A stretch of DNA of 60,769 bases, the filler included, from Basidioascus undulatus (Eukaryota), in NCBI GenBank assembly GCA_000826855.1. It is 7 parts of 7 records of this genome, joined end to end, with 100 filler letters (N's around TTAATTAATTAA, not from the genome) between each part and the next. Parts side by side here need not be neighbours in the genome. Positions count along the whole stretch, not along the records: positions 1 to 5,083 come from JTLS01002007.1; positions 5,184 to 10,266 come from JTLS01002008.1; 5 more parts are not named here. The stretch is one strand, 5' to 3'. The notes under the pieces were generated by a model, which was given only the letters and a program-made list of their open reading frames with translations, was not told the DNA's origin and searched no databases. Of the stretch, positions 1 to 10,366 are shown one piece after another. How positions within the stretch are numbered: the stretch's first letter is position 1; the number at the start of each line of letters is the position of its first letter. Both the position numbers and the translations under genes were made by a program.

Positions 1-945
1 GGGGGAAGGGGGATGGGAGAAGTGGAGGTGGAGAGAGGGGAGGAGGGGGAGATGGGGAAGAGGAACGGACCTCGAGACGCATGATGGAGGAGACGTGCTG
101 GATCAGGCGCGGGATGCGGAAGAGCATGTCGGAGGTGACGCCTTTTTGGCGGTAGGCGTCGTTGAGCTGCGAAACGTGTGAAGCGGCATCAGGAAGGAAG
201 GAGAATGGTATGGCTGTGTTGGGGGAGAAGAGATGCAGACCTTGAGCCACAGCCCCAGCTGATGCGGGTCCTTGATAATGTCTTTAGGGATGAAGTCGCT
301 GTTTTCCAGGCCCAAGGGTCAGTGGAGCGAGAGGTGTGGAATGACGGGGCGATGAGACGTACGAGACCGGCGTGAACGTGTCGAACCCCTTTGCCGCCGA
401 CCAAGGCAGCCCCTTCTTCTTCACCGCGTCCTGGACATTGCGAGCGGTCATATCAATCGCGAGCGCTGTCCTCACCCCACCCTAATCAGCCTTCCCACCC
501 AACCCCACATCACCTCTTCCTCCTCCTTCATCAACACACCATACCCAGCCACATGCGCCTCCGCATCGCCCTCCGCAATGTCCCTTCCCGTCTTTCCAAT
601 AACCACGCCCAGCTCAACTATTCCGCTCCCCTCCCCTTCAGCGCGTGCCCACCTGAGAGAGAGTTGGGAGGGTGGGGGAAGGGAAGCGCACCTTCGTGGT
701 GCACGACCGTCCCGCGAGGGATCTCGACCTTCCCGCCGTTGTAGACGAACGAGGACGTCGGCTTGAGGAAGAAGAACGGCTCGGTCGGGACGGCGTTCTT
801 GAGCTCCTTCGCGTGCTCCGCGTAGTTGCTGTTTCCTCCAGACGCGTCAGGATCTCGGCGGGAGGGTACCGCGCGCGCTGGGGGAAGGGATGCACCGCCC
901 GATGGCAACGATCTTGCGCGCGGTGGAGTGGAAGCGCTGGGCCAT
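1..945 (-). CDS. Fumarylacetoacetate hydrolase domain protein (FAHD1/Fmp41-like), multi-exon, 3' end outside the window
   Basis: Spliced reading MAQRFHSTARKIVAIGRNYAEHAKEL..PFFFLKPTSS..VHHE..ALAIDMTARNVQDAVKKKGLPWSAAKGFDTFTPVS matches FAHD1 signatures; ATG at 945. Confidence 0.92.
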
Positions 946-1709
946 GTCTGTGTGTGTATGGGTGTGACGGTACGAAGGAAGACCGGAGATAGGAGCTTTA
1001 TGTGGTTTGGAGGTGGGAGAAGAACATCAGGCCTGAGGGCCCGACAGCGCGATAACCTGGTCAGTGACGGCTATACGGCACGTCGGCAGGGTGCCTGATA
1101 GCCAGTTGCAGCGCTCGGAAATATCGGGGGTGCTCGGTCTGGGTGTTGAGATGGCAACATCGCATTGTGAGATTACATTTGAGTCGTATGGAGGGATGCA
1201 TATGCCCGCGTTGAGATGGACTCTTGCTGTGGAGAAGCCATGCGGAGAGCCAGAGGCGAGTCATCTGCTGCCTATTGATGAGGCCCGCGTGGGTCAGAGA
1301 GATGAAAGTGCAGGGGACTACAGCGGAGATCACCGGCCTTATTTCTTGATCGGATGGGTGAGATGGAGTGAGTGAATGAGTAGAAGGAGAGGCAGCTCGG
1401 GCAGACTGCCGAAGGCGAACTGGGATTCCTACGCAGTAGGGAGTGCCCGGTGAAAGGAGACTGCAGCTGCAACACGTGTTGAGCTGCCTAGCAGCTTTGG
1501 TTCCATGTGTGCAAAAAAGAAAATCAGGGACTCATAAAAAAAAGAGAAGGACCTTGAGGCCTTTCAGATTGCTCTCGCCTCGGCGATGTGAAGGGAAATC
1601 CACGGTCCATGGACTGTCGTGAGTGGATGCTTTTTCCAGACTGCGTGCCGGAAAAGACACCTCACTCTGCAGCAGTGCCCGACGCGAACAGCGTAGAAAG
1701 TATACCACA

Positions 1710-2308
1710 TTAAGTCCGCTCGAGCTCAATGTCCCGGCTGACGACTTCGGCCAGAGGCCTGTCGTCCTTTCGGGTACCGCAGTCAAGGCAGCTGTCACCC
1801 AAGAAACAGTCAGGGACAGAGACCGATGGAATGGTCGAGGAGATTTCCTTAGATTTTTTATAAAGGCGGGTGAATATATCGATCGTTTCGCTTCCTGCAA
1901 GCCATACGAAGCGGTAACGTAAGGGCTTGGAGATGATCTGGGACGCCCAATGGATTTGAATGCGAAGCTCTTTGACGACATCTTGGGTAAACTCTCCCCA
2001 TTTCTATTTGGGATATCTCCTCATAAATTTTTGAAAACGATAAAATGCAGGCGCAGGTGTGGACAACTGGTAGGAGGAAGAGGCTGACGCACGTTCACGT
2101 CCCCCGCCGCCATCAGGACCAACGGGCGAGCAATGCTGCCGATGACCACGCTGATGATAATAAGGGGTCGAGCATAAGGGCGGAGCGGACCTCTCACCTG
2201 GTGTGTATCAAGCTCCACACCGCTGACCGGAGGCGCAGGCAGCGCGATGGACATGCCCGCGAGCGCGATGACCGATGCGGCAAAGGTGAAGCAGGTGGAG
2301 AACTTCAT
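1710..2308 (-). CDS. Putative small secreted protein; downstream exon structure uncertain
   Basis: MKFSTCFTFAASVIALAGMSIALPAP is a typical signal peptide; GTGAGA donor after LDTHQ; the 3' end is only inferred. Confidence 0.5.
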
Positions 2309-3013
2309 GTTCGACTGTTGAAGGTATGTATTTGAAGAGGTGTTAAATATGGGGTTTTCGTGAAGAGGAAACTTGCGGCTAATGGGAAAGTGAAAAAAGG
2401 CAAGCGAGGCTGGTATTTATTCTGTTCGCAGTGCAGGTGGATAGGCCAAGGCAGGTCGGAACCACGGCCAGTGCTGTTGCACATGGCTCGAGGTCGTGTG
2501 CTCTGCAACATGAACATGGACATATTCCTAGGAGGTGCATTGCCAAAGGTCAAAGGAAGCCAGTTTGCCCGCGCAAGTGGTCCACAAGCGGTTTGCACTG
2601 CCACTGCTCGCTGCGTATGTGCAGCCGCAGACGCTCAAGTCCGGCTTACGCGTGCCGCATGCTGCAACTGGCGACTCGATTGAGGTATGAAGATTTCCAC
2701 AATTCCATCGCATCAGTACGAAACAAAAAGCAACGTCGCCCGGCCTGGGGCTGTGCTGCCATGCGCCTGCTGAGCTCCTCAGGATCGTGGCTTATGCCCG
2801 ACCGCCCGGCACTCACGCATCCCACGCAAGAGCTCTGGCCATTGTGTTTCGAAGTGAAGGCGGTGCAACAGTCATCAGAAGATAGAGAAGAGTACATGCT
2901 ATCAATCATCAAGTCCCGAAGCGGCAACCCCCCAAAGCACCTCACTCAGAAGAAGCGTCCCCGTCCTACCCCATCCATCCCAGCGCTCTTCCCCATCCGC
3001 CCGACTCAGACCC

Positions 3014-5083
3014 TCAAGCCAGCTTCTCGTACTCCTCGCAAAGCTTGACGAGCGCCGCGGTGCCCGCCTTGAAGTCGACGGGCGACGCGCGCGTGACCTG
3101 GTGGCGGACGCGGGTGTTGTCCTGTTGTGGCCGCGAGTAAAGTTAGCGCCAGGCAGGGGGATAGCGTTCAAGGTGTGAGAGAGACGGACGTTGAAGGTGT
3201 CTTGCCGTGCGCGGCAGTTCCAGTTGAACGTCTGGCCGACGGCCTTGCTGAGGATGTTGGTGTACTGCGCCTCGTCCTCGTTCTGCAGCGGTGAGGGGGG
3301 CCCGTCGGAAAGGTAAGCAATCGCACTCAAGGAAGGGAGGGACAAGAAGCGATGATGAGAAGGGGGAGGGAGGATGGACGTGCCTTGATGTTCATGAGCT
3401 CACCCGCGGTCATGCCGATCAGCTGTTGGCCGATGTCGTTGAACCCGCTCAGCCACAGCTGGCCGGTGTGGTCCTGCGCCGAGACGCTGATGACGTAGCT
3501 GTTCGTGTGTCCACGCCCATGTCAGTCAGCAATGAGAATAGGATCAGGCTGGACAAGAATATGCGATCCGGGGATGGCGAAAGAAGGGAGGAGGCTCAAC
3601 GCACCGCCACTCGCACTCCGGGTACGTCTTGTCGCACTTCTCGCACCTCCAGCCGTCGCCCTCCTCGACGACCTTCTTCCCATCCGTGGGGCACGCCGGG
3701 TACGCGATGTTCTCCTTCTTGACGTAGATGACGGTCGCCTTGGCGTTGTAGTAGTCGGGCTTGTCGCCCATGCCGAGGTTCTCGTCCTTGACCTGCGTGA
3801 GCGTGCGCGTCTCCGCGGGGCTGAACGAAGCCGCGCCGGCGCTGCTGCCCGTGTTGGTGTACGCGTGAAAGGACGTCGACTGGCCCTCCGAGTCGTACCT
3901 ATCCCATCCCATCCCATCCCAAAGTAAGGACCACACTCAAGGGAGTCCAGCGCCGATGCAGGTGAAGTGAGGTCGCGCGTACCATCCGCGCAGACCGTGC
4001 GCTTCCGGCACATCCGGGTTGACGTTCATGGTGCTCGAGCTGAGCATGCTGAGCGAGCGCCCGCCAAAGTCGCTGACCTTGACTCCCTTGAACGCGATCA
4101 CGGGCTGGTCCGTGTGCGCAAAGTTCTCGGCCAGCTTGCCCCAGAGCGTGAGGCGCACGCTCTGCTGGCTCCGGTCGACGATCGTCAACTCGCGCTTGGA
4201 GAACTGCGTGGGAAGGGAAACTCAAGAGGTGAGCGCCGAGTCTCTCGTGAGGAAGCAAGAGAACGAGGGCATACCGGTTTTTGGGTCGCCTTCGACACGA
4301 TTTGCGACGTCTCGCCAATTTCCGTTACCACGCCGAGGACGTCTGCGAACAGGAAGGAAGTGTGAGCTCGAGACGACGAACCTTTCAGTCGCGCACGACG
4401 GTCACGTACCGCAAGTGCTGTCCTTGGGAATGCTCTCGAGGTTGTTGAGGTCCACAAAGTTGTACTTGATCTCGGGCACGTTGGTGGTGTCGGTGCACTA
4501 CAGGACTCGTCGTCAGCATCGCTTTCATCTCTCATCGCGGGCGGACGAACGGGTTGGATCTCCGTCGCGCGGTCGAACGTGATCTCGTATTCGTTGGCTG
4601 CTCGTCCTCTCAAGATCAGCGATCAAACTCGAGTACGGAGTTACCCAGGCAGACAAGACGCACAGAGGTTGGAGAACTGTTTCTTGGCGATGGTGACGCG
4701 AGCGCGGGAGATGAGGTAGACGCTGCCCTCCTGGAGGAGCTCGTAGAAGTCGTCGACGGCGTCGTTGAAGCCCGTCGCGCGGATCTCGCCCGACTCGTCC
4801 ATGAGGGTGACGCTAAAGAGCTTGCCCTCCCCGCGCTGGTTCGACCAGTGCTTGACGTCCGACTTCTGCGTCACGCGCGCCCTGATCGTCCACCTGCGCG
4901 CGTGCGTGCCGCATCAGCAACGACCGTCTCGAAACACTAAGCGGTCACATCCAAGAAACGTACTTGTTCTGGTAAGGGCTGAGGCCCTCGATGGGGTAGA
5001 TCACCGGGGTACCCGCACCACCACGCGCGCCCGCCGCGCTCCCGCCACGTCCACCACGCGCCGCGGCACCGCCGCCCCGACCG
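3014..5083 (-). CDS. RFA1: Replication protein A 70 kDa subunit, 5'-truncated by contig end
   Basis: [78 protein letters not shown], zinc ribbon YPACP..WRCEKC; last exon [13 protein letters not shown] ends at 3014. Confidence 0.97.
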
Positions 5084-5183
5084 NNNNNNNNNNNNNNNNN
5101 NNNNNNNNNNNNNNNNNNNNNNNNNNNTTAATTAATTAANNNNNNNNNNNNNNNNNNNNNNNNNNNNNNNNNNNNNNNNNNNN
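5084..5183. other. Artificial contig linker N44-TTAATTAATTAA-N44
   Basis: Stops in all six frames flanked by Ns; identical to five other junctions. Confidence 0.98.
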
Positions 5184-6614
5184 CCGGCGGGCGAGTCAGG
5201 GAAGTCCTCGCCGAAGCGCGTGCCGGGGCTGTCGAGCATGGGCGGGGGGAAGTTTCCGGTAGTGCGGCGTCTGGTCGACCCTCCGCCCTCCCCTCCAAGC
5301 GGGCCGTCGTCGCCATACTCGTCGCCCTCCTCGTCGCTGGCGCCCGGGCCGAGCCCGGCGCCCGCGCGCATGGGCGTCCCTCGGCGGATCGCGCGGCTCG
5401 CGCGCTCGGACTCCTTGCGCGCGTCGTTGAGCTGCGTCTGCAGCGTCGAGTTGTCCCGTTGCAGCGTCGCCTTCTCCTTGCGCGCCTGCGCCTGGTCCGT
5501 CTCGTGCTTGATGCGCAGCGAGTCGTGCGCCGCCTGGAGCCGCTCGAGCTCCTGCCGCTTCTCGTCCAGCCCGTCGCGCGTGGCAGTGAACTGCTTGGCG
5601 AGGCGCGCGCGCTCGACATCTGCTTTGGTCAGGTTGTCCTGGAGTTCTGAAAGCTTGTTCTGGAGCTCTTGCGTCTGCACTTCGAGGTTCCAGTTCTCCT
5701 CCTTGTAGCGCTCTGTTTCCAATGCACCACATTGGTTAGCATCGCCGTGACGTCGACAATCAGAGCGTGAATGGCATGAAGACGCACCGACGCTCTCCTG
5801 CTCCCCGCGCAAGCGCGCATGGAGAGCCTCTTCGCGCTGCACGCCCGTGTCGCGCTCGCCTATGAGCGTCCTGATCTCCTCGTCGCGCTCTTGCAGGAGC
5901 GCTTGGAGTCGTCGGACCTCGCCGAGGAGCGACTGGCCAATCTCGGTCGCGAACTCGATGTCGTTCGTGCGGTGAGCCGCATTGCGTGTACGGCGCGACG
6001 ACTGGGTTGTAGACGCGCCGTTGGCGGAAGCGTAGGGTTGGGGAGAGGTGCGGATCGAGGAGGTAGACTCGGAGGCGGAGATAGACTCGTTGGCCTGTGG
6101 TTGCAACACAGAGTGTGAGTCAACCGTGCATGGTGCGGGTCGCGCGAAGAACTGGAGGGTGAGGACGCACAGGTTCAAAGCCTCGCAGCAGCCCATTCTT
6201 CTCCTTCTCCCAACCCGATTGGACCTCCTGCAGCTCCTGCAGACGCGCCCGCATCTCCGCGCCCTGCTCGCCGCCCTCCTCCTCGGCGCGCCGCTCGAGA
6301 TCTTCGAGCTCCGCGACGCGCTGATCGAGCTCGGCCTGCTGACTGAGGAGGTTCTCGCCCAGCCGGCCGGCGAGCATGATCTGGTGGTGCTTTTGCTGCC
6401 GCAGCGCGTGGAGGTGCGCCTTCATGTTGCCGCTGAGAGAAGTGGGAGTGGCAGAGGGAGGCGGTGGGCGGAGATTGTAGGAGGTGGAGGTGGATGCCGG
6501 GAGGGAAGGCTTGGCGAAGCCCGAGGAACCGGCGGGGGCGGCGGAGGAGGTAGGGAGCGCGAAGGGATCGTCGGCCATGATGGGATCGATGGTGGCTCCT
6601 GGAGATGGCGGCAA
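5184..6614 (-). CDS. ApsA/Num1-like cortical nuclear-migration protein, N-terminal coiled coil, 3'-truncated
   Basis: RRTRNAAHRTNDIEFATEIGQSLLGEVRRLQALLQERD and ERYKEENWNLEV resemble the conserved ApsA/Num1 N-terminal blocks; start at 6614 or at the downstream MADDPF. Confidence 0.75.
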
Positions 6615-7189
6615 GGAGGCAGGAGATTGTCAGTTCGTGGCTGGTGCAACGCACGGACGCCGCCTCGACCGCGTGCCGCCCGTCAAGTCGCGGTCCTCGC
6701 GGAACGAGACCAGATGAGGGCCTTACCGGTTAGAACAGCGAGGGGTTCACGAAAAGATACAATACGCTAGGGGATGCTGTTGTAAGGAGTGGGTGGTGTT
6801 CTGCACATGCGAAAGGATGGTTAGTATTGAGCGCAAGCAGTGCCGGACAGGAGACTGCGATCCGACCAGGTCCTCGCAGCGGAACAGCCCCAAGACGCGT
6901 CGAACACCCCGTTGCCTTTCGCGCCCAAATGATGTCTACACTGAGTTCATCCCCCTCAAGCCGTACACATCCCTCGAGGAGGCGAAGGCCGCCGGTTCGC
7001 CCCCTTCTCCCCTTCCGAGCGGACCAGCTACTCACACGGTTCGACCAGCGCCGGCCTTCGCCCCTTCCAGATACCGGGTCACAATCTCAGCACTGCAAAT
7101 AATCCCAATAAGCCCACTCATCAATATCCCCTCCCCAGCACAGCGAGTCCGGCGGACACTGACGAGATGGCCAGGCGGGGGACGTGCGC

Positions 7190-7395
7190 GGAAGGAAGGA
7201 AAACAACAAACGGTCGCCCACTTGTCGCACGCGCGCGCCGCGCGTTCGGCGGTGGGGAGGGCGGGTCTGCTGCTGTGTTGTCGGGGGACACGGGGGAGAC
7301 GGGGAAAGGAGAGTGGTGGCGTCGGGCGCGGTGTTGATGGGCTGGACGAGGGTTAACACGGCGAGGACGACCGCGTCGGTGAACAAGTTGATGGT
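7190..7395 (-). pseudogene. Degenerate F-box-like fragment
   Basis: NLFTDAVVLAVLTLVQP in one frame and LPTAERAARACDKWATVCCFPSF in another reproduce the F-box pattern across a frameshift. Confidence 0.35.
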
Positions 7396-7658
7396 CGATG
7401 GCTGAGCGGGGGGGCGGCCGTTGCGCTTGGAGGCGGGCGGCCCTTGAAACGCAGACGCGCTCGATTTGCAGCTCGGCCCCCCCTGCTTCAATCTCTGTCA
7501 GGCACGGCGCTCTGTATTTTTCCTGTTATGCCCTGGTAGGACCAGTCCTTCGAGAGCCTGTACAATGGAAATCCAGCTTTTCCGGGAACGGCGAGGAGGG
7601 AGCAATGTGAGATTGAATGCTGACAATTTTCTTTTGCTGCTTTACATTAGCAAGTCAA

Positions 7659-7731
7659 GGTTCTTTAGCTCATCTGGGAGAGCGTCAGATTGAAGTCCTG
7701 AAGGTACCGTGTTCAATCCACGGAAGAACCA
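7659..7731 (+). tRNA. tRNA-Phe(GAA), intronless
   Basis: 73-nt cloverleaf: acceptor GGTTCTT/AAGAACC, D arm GCTC..GAGC, loop TTGAAGT, T arm CCGTG-TTCAATC-CACGG, followed by TTTT. Confidence 0.9.
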
Positions 7732-8163
7732 ATTTTACCCCATCATGCAACAGTCGTCCTTTTTGCTGTGGCGAGTTACAATTAAAAAGGGCCTCCAGGA
7801 GCATATGCAGTGGCAAGCAAGCGAGTTTGAGCAAGTCGCCGTGCCAGCATGCAACTTTTCCAAGCCCGGTTCACTTCGCGAACGGCATGCAGAGAAATGA
7901 CCCAGAACCTGCCAGTTATGCTGGGAGAGGGGTGGCGACGAGAATACAGTCGATCTCAAGGCCATCTGCAGGCCAGAGAGCACCAAAATCGACCGACGTG
8001 AAGTACCTTGTCTAACGGGCAGGCCGCGCGGCAACCAGTCAGCCAGGAGCAAACAGTGTACATTCGACTCAGCGATGCACGAAACACCATTCCTCAACAA
8101 AGCGTCCACACCCATGTAACGCTTCGTTTCCGCCCCCAAATTTCAGGTGATGTTGCCAGATGC

Positions 8164-8928
8164 CTAAGTCACCGCAGCTCCGGACCCGCCTTGGGCTACA
8201 CAGCCCTCTAAGGCTTTCCGAAGCTCCTCGTTCGCCTTGATCGCCTGCTGTGTGTGGTCCCGCTTCTCCGCGTTCAGCTTCCGGAACGCCTCCTCCACAA
8301 ACACCTTCTTTCCCAGATCCGTGAGATTCAGCACCACTGGCGCCTTTGGGTCCTTCGCCGGCGCGTCCCGCATGCTCTTGACGTAGTGCTGCCCCTGCAG
8401 AAAAGGGAATAGTAAGGACCACTAGGCATCTTATGGGAAGAAACAAATACTCACCAAGGACGTAAACAAGCGATTCACGAGCCTGTCCACCTTCCCCTGC
8501 CACTCCTTCCACTTCTCACCCAGCCGGCGAGGGACGTCCTCCGCCGGCGCGCGCTCCAACTCGCCCCTCGTGGGCTCCGCTTCCCGCTTTCAACGCGCCT
8601 TGAATGCGCACATAGGTCCGCACGCTCCCTCGTTCGCCCGCTCCTCAAACAGGCGCCCCGCCCAGTCCGGGTCGTCCAGCGATACGCACGCGTTGTACGC
8701 GGCCGTGTATATGCGCATGTACTCGATGTATGATACTTGCGGGGGGAAGGGGGCGGAGAGGAGGGCTGAGAGACGGTCGAAGAGCTCGTCGGTGGTAGAC
8801 GCATTGATCACCTGCGACCCGTCGATCGCCTGCGGAGGAAAGGTCAGGATGCCGGGGGAACAAGAGGCAAAGAACGACGTGCCTGCGCTTGGGGGGGCGC
8901 CTGGGGCCGGGGAAGAGGTCCAGGACAT
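8164..8928 (-). pseudogene. Stand-alone cullin N-terminal repeat (mini-cullin) with in-frame TGA at 8590-8592
   Basis: SYIEYMRIYTAAYNAC, then same frame past the stop EKWKEWQGKVDRLVNRLFTSL, GTGAGT..CAG intron, GQHYVKSMRD..VLNLTDLGKKVFVEEAF; these resemble the helices of cullin repeat 1. Confidence 0.6.
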
Positions 8929-10180
8929 TATTGTCAAGACTCTAAGCAGGGAAGATGTGGTGAAAGGGGAAGAAACGCACCGGAGAAAGCGCAAGGTCCA
9001 CGCACACGGGACCGCATGGAGAGGCCACCATATGCGGGGTTGGCACTGTCTCAAAAGATTTGCGTTGCCAAAATACAAGCTTGTTCGCCACAGAAGGCCA
9101 TCAAATGTTTGTTTCAAAGGATATATTTAGGTCTGCAGTGAGTGCGCATGTTTGGGATGGGTGTCAAAGGCGGTTCCCGTTGCATCCTATAACTGGCAGC
9201 TCTCCTTGCCGAAGCAGGTGAAGTGGAACGACGATATATATATGGTCTTAGTTATATTTTCCCGAGTTTTCAGAAAAAAAAAATTTCAGGGGGAGGCTGC
9301 CTTTAGGCAGAAGGCCGCCCCTTGGGTGGGGTATTGCGAATGAGGAGTGGCGTGCCAACTCAGCTTTGGAACACCTTCTATTGTGCCTCTGAGAGGGAAA
9401 GTACATTGAAGTACCTTTTTGGCGGTCTTTGAAAAGATCTTCTTAAGTCCAAATCGGACTCCTGAAGTATGGAGGCGAAGACTGAGTGTACATAGCTGAG
9501 CCTCATGGCGGTAAGGACTGATTGCGCGGACGTCGCTCAGCGTCGTCGCGCCATACAGAGATTGGGAATGCCACGAACGAGAGATCATCCCACCTTCCCT
9601 TATATATTTTGACTAAATAGTCCTGGTAAAGCTTCAACTGCACAACGTTTGAGCAACAGCGGGCGCCTGAGAAACCTGCAGACAGAACATGTCAGTCCTC
9701 TTTTCCTTCAGGGCGTACGCGAGCACAAGCACATCGCTCGTTGGGGACGAGTACTCCTCATTCTGAGAGTATGGAAAGGGTATGAACTTTTCTAATATAA
9801 GCGACATGTATTGCTTGGAAGCCTAGACCAGCTGCAGATAACGTTTGGATCATCGTTGCAGTGAGACGAATGTCGGAAGTGGGACACGGGCAGAACGGGC
9901 AGACCTCCCACTGTCCCCGTCCTGACCGCTAGCAACAGGACAATTAACAAAATTTGTGCGGTCTGTTTTCCACTCTCCCCTATCTCGTCCCTTCGTCCTT
10001 GGAAAGTGATGTTCGGCAACTCTCAAACTGCTTCACAGGTTCCTAGGGCATAAGTGCCTTTCCTGCCTGTAGTGATCCCCGGCAAGTAGCATCCTGCGGG
10101 TGCATCAACCCGAAGCTCTTGATGTTAGGGCGATGTCAGTTAAATTGGAAATCAAAAAATACGTCGAGAAAATGCATGAA

Positions 10181-10253
10181 GGTTCTTTAGCTCATCTGGG
10201 AGAGCGTCAGATTGAAGTCCTGAAGGTACCGTGTCCAATCCACGGAAGAACCA
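10181..10253 (+). tRNA. tRNA-Phe(GAA) second copy with T-loop variant (possible pseudogene)
   Basis: Identical to 7659-7731 except T to C at 10235 (GTCCAATC instead of GTTCAATC). Confidence 0.8.
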
Positions 10254-10266
10254 ACTCTTTCCAAGG

Positions 10267-10366
10267 NNNNNNNNNNNNNNNNNNNNNNNNNNNNNNNNNN
10301 NNNNNNNNNNTTAATTAATTAANNNNNNNNNNNNNNNNNNNNNNNNNNNNNNNNNNNNNNNNNNNN
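10267..10366. other. Artificial contig linker
   Basis: N44-TTAATTAATTAA-N44. Confidence 0.98.

Noticed and set aside
5128..5139. Palindromic TTAATTAATTAA repeated six times
   Set aside because: Always centred in 44+44 Ns; an assembly spacer, not a biological repeat.
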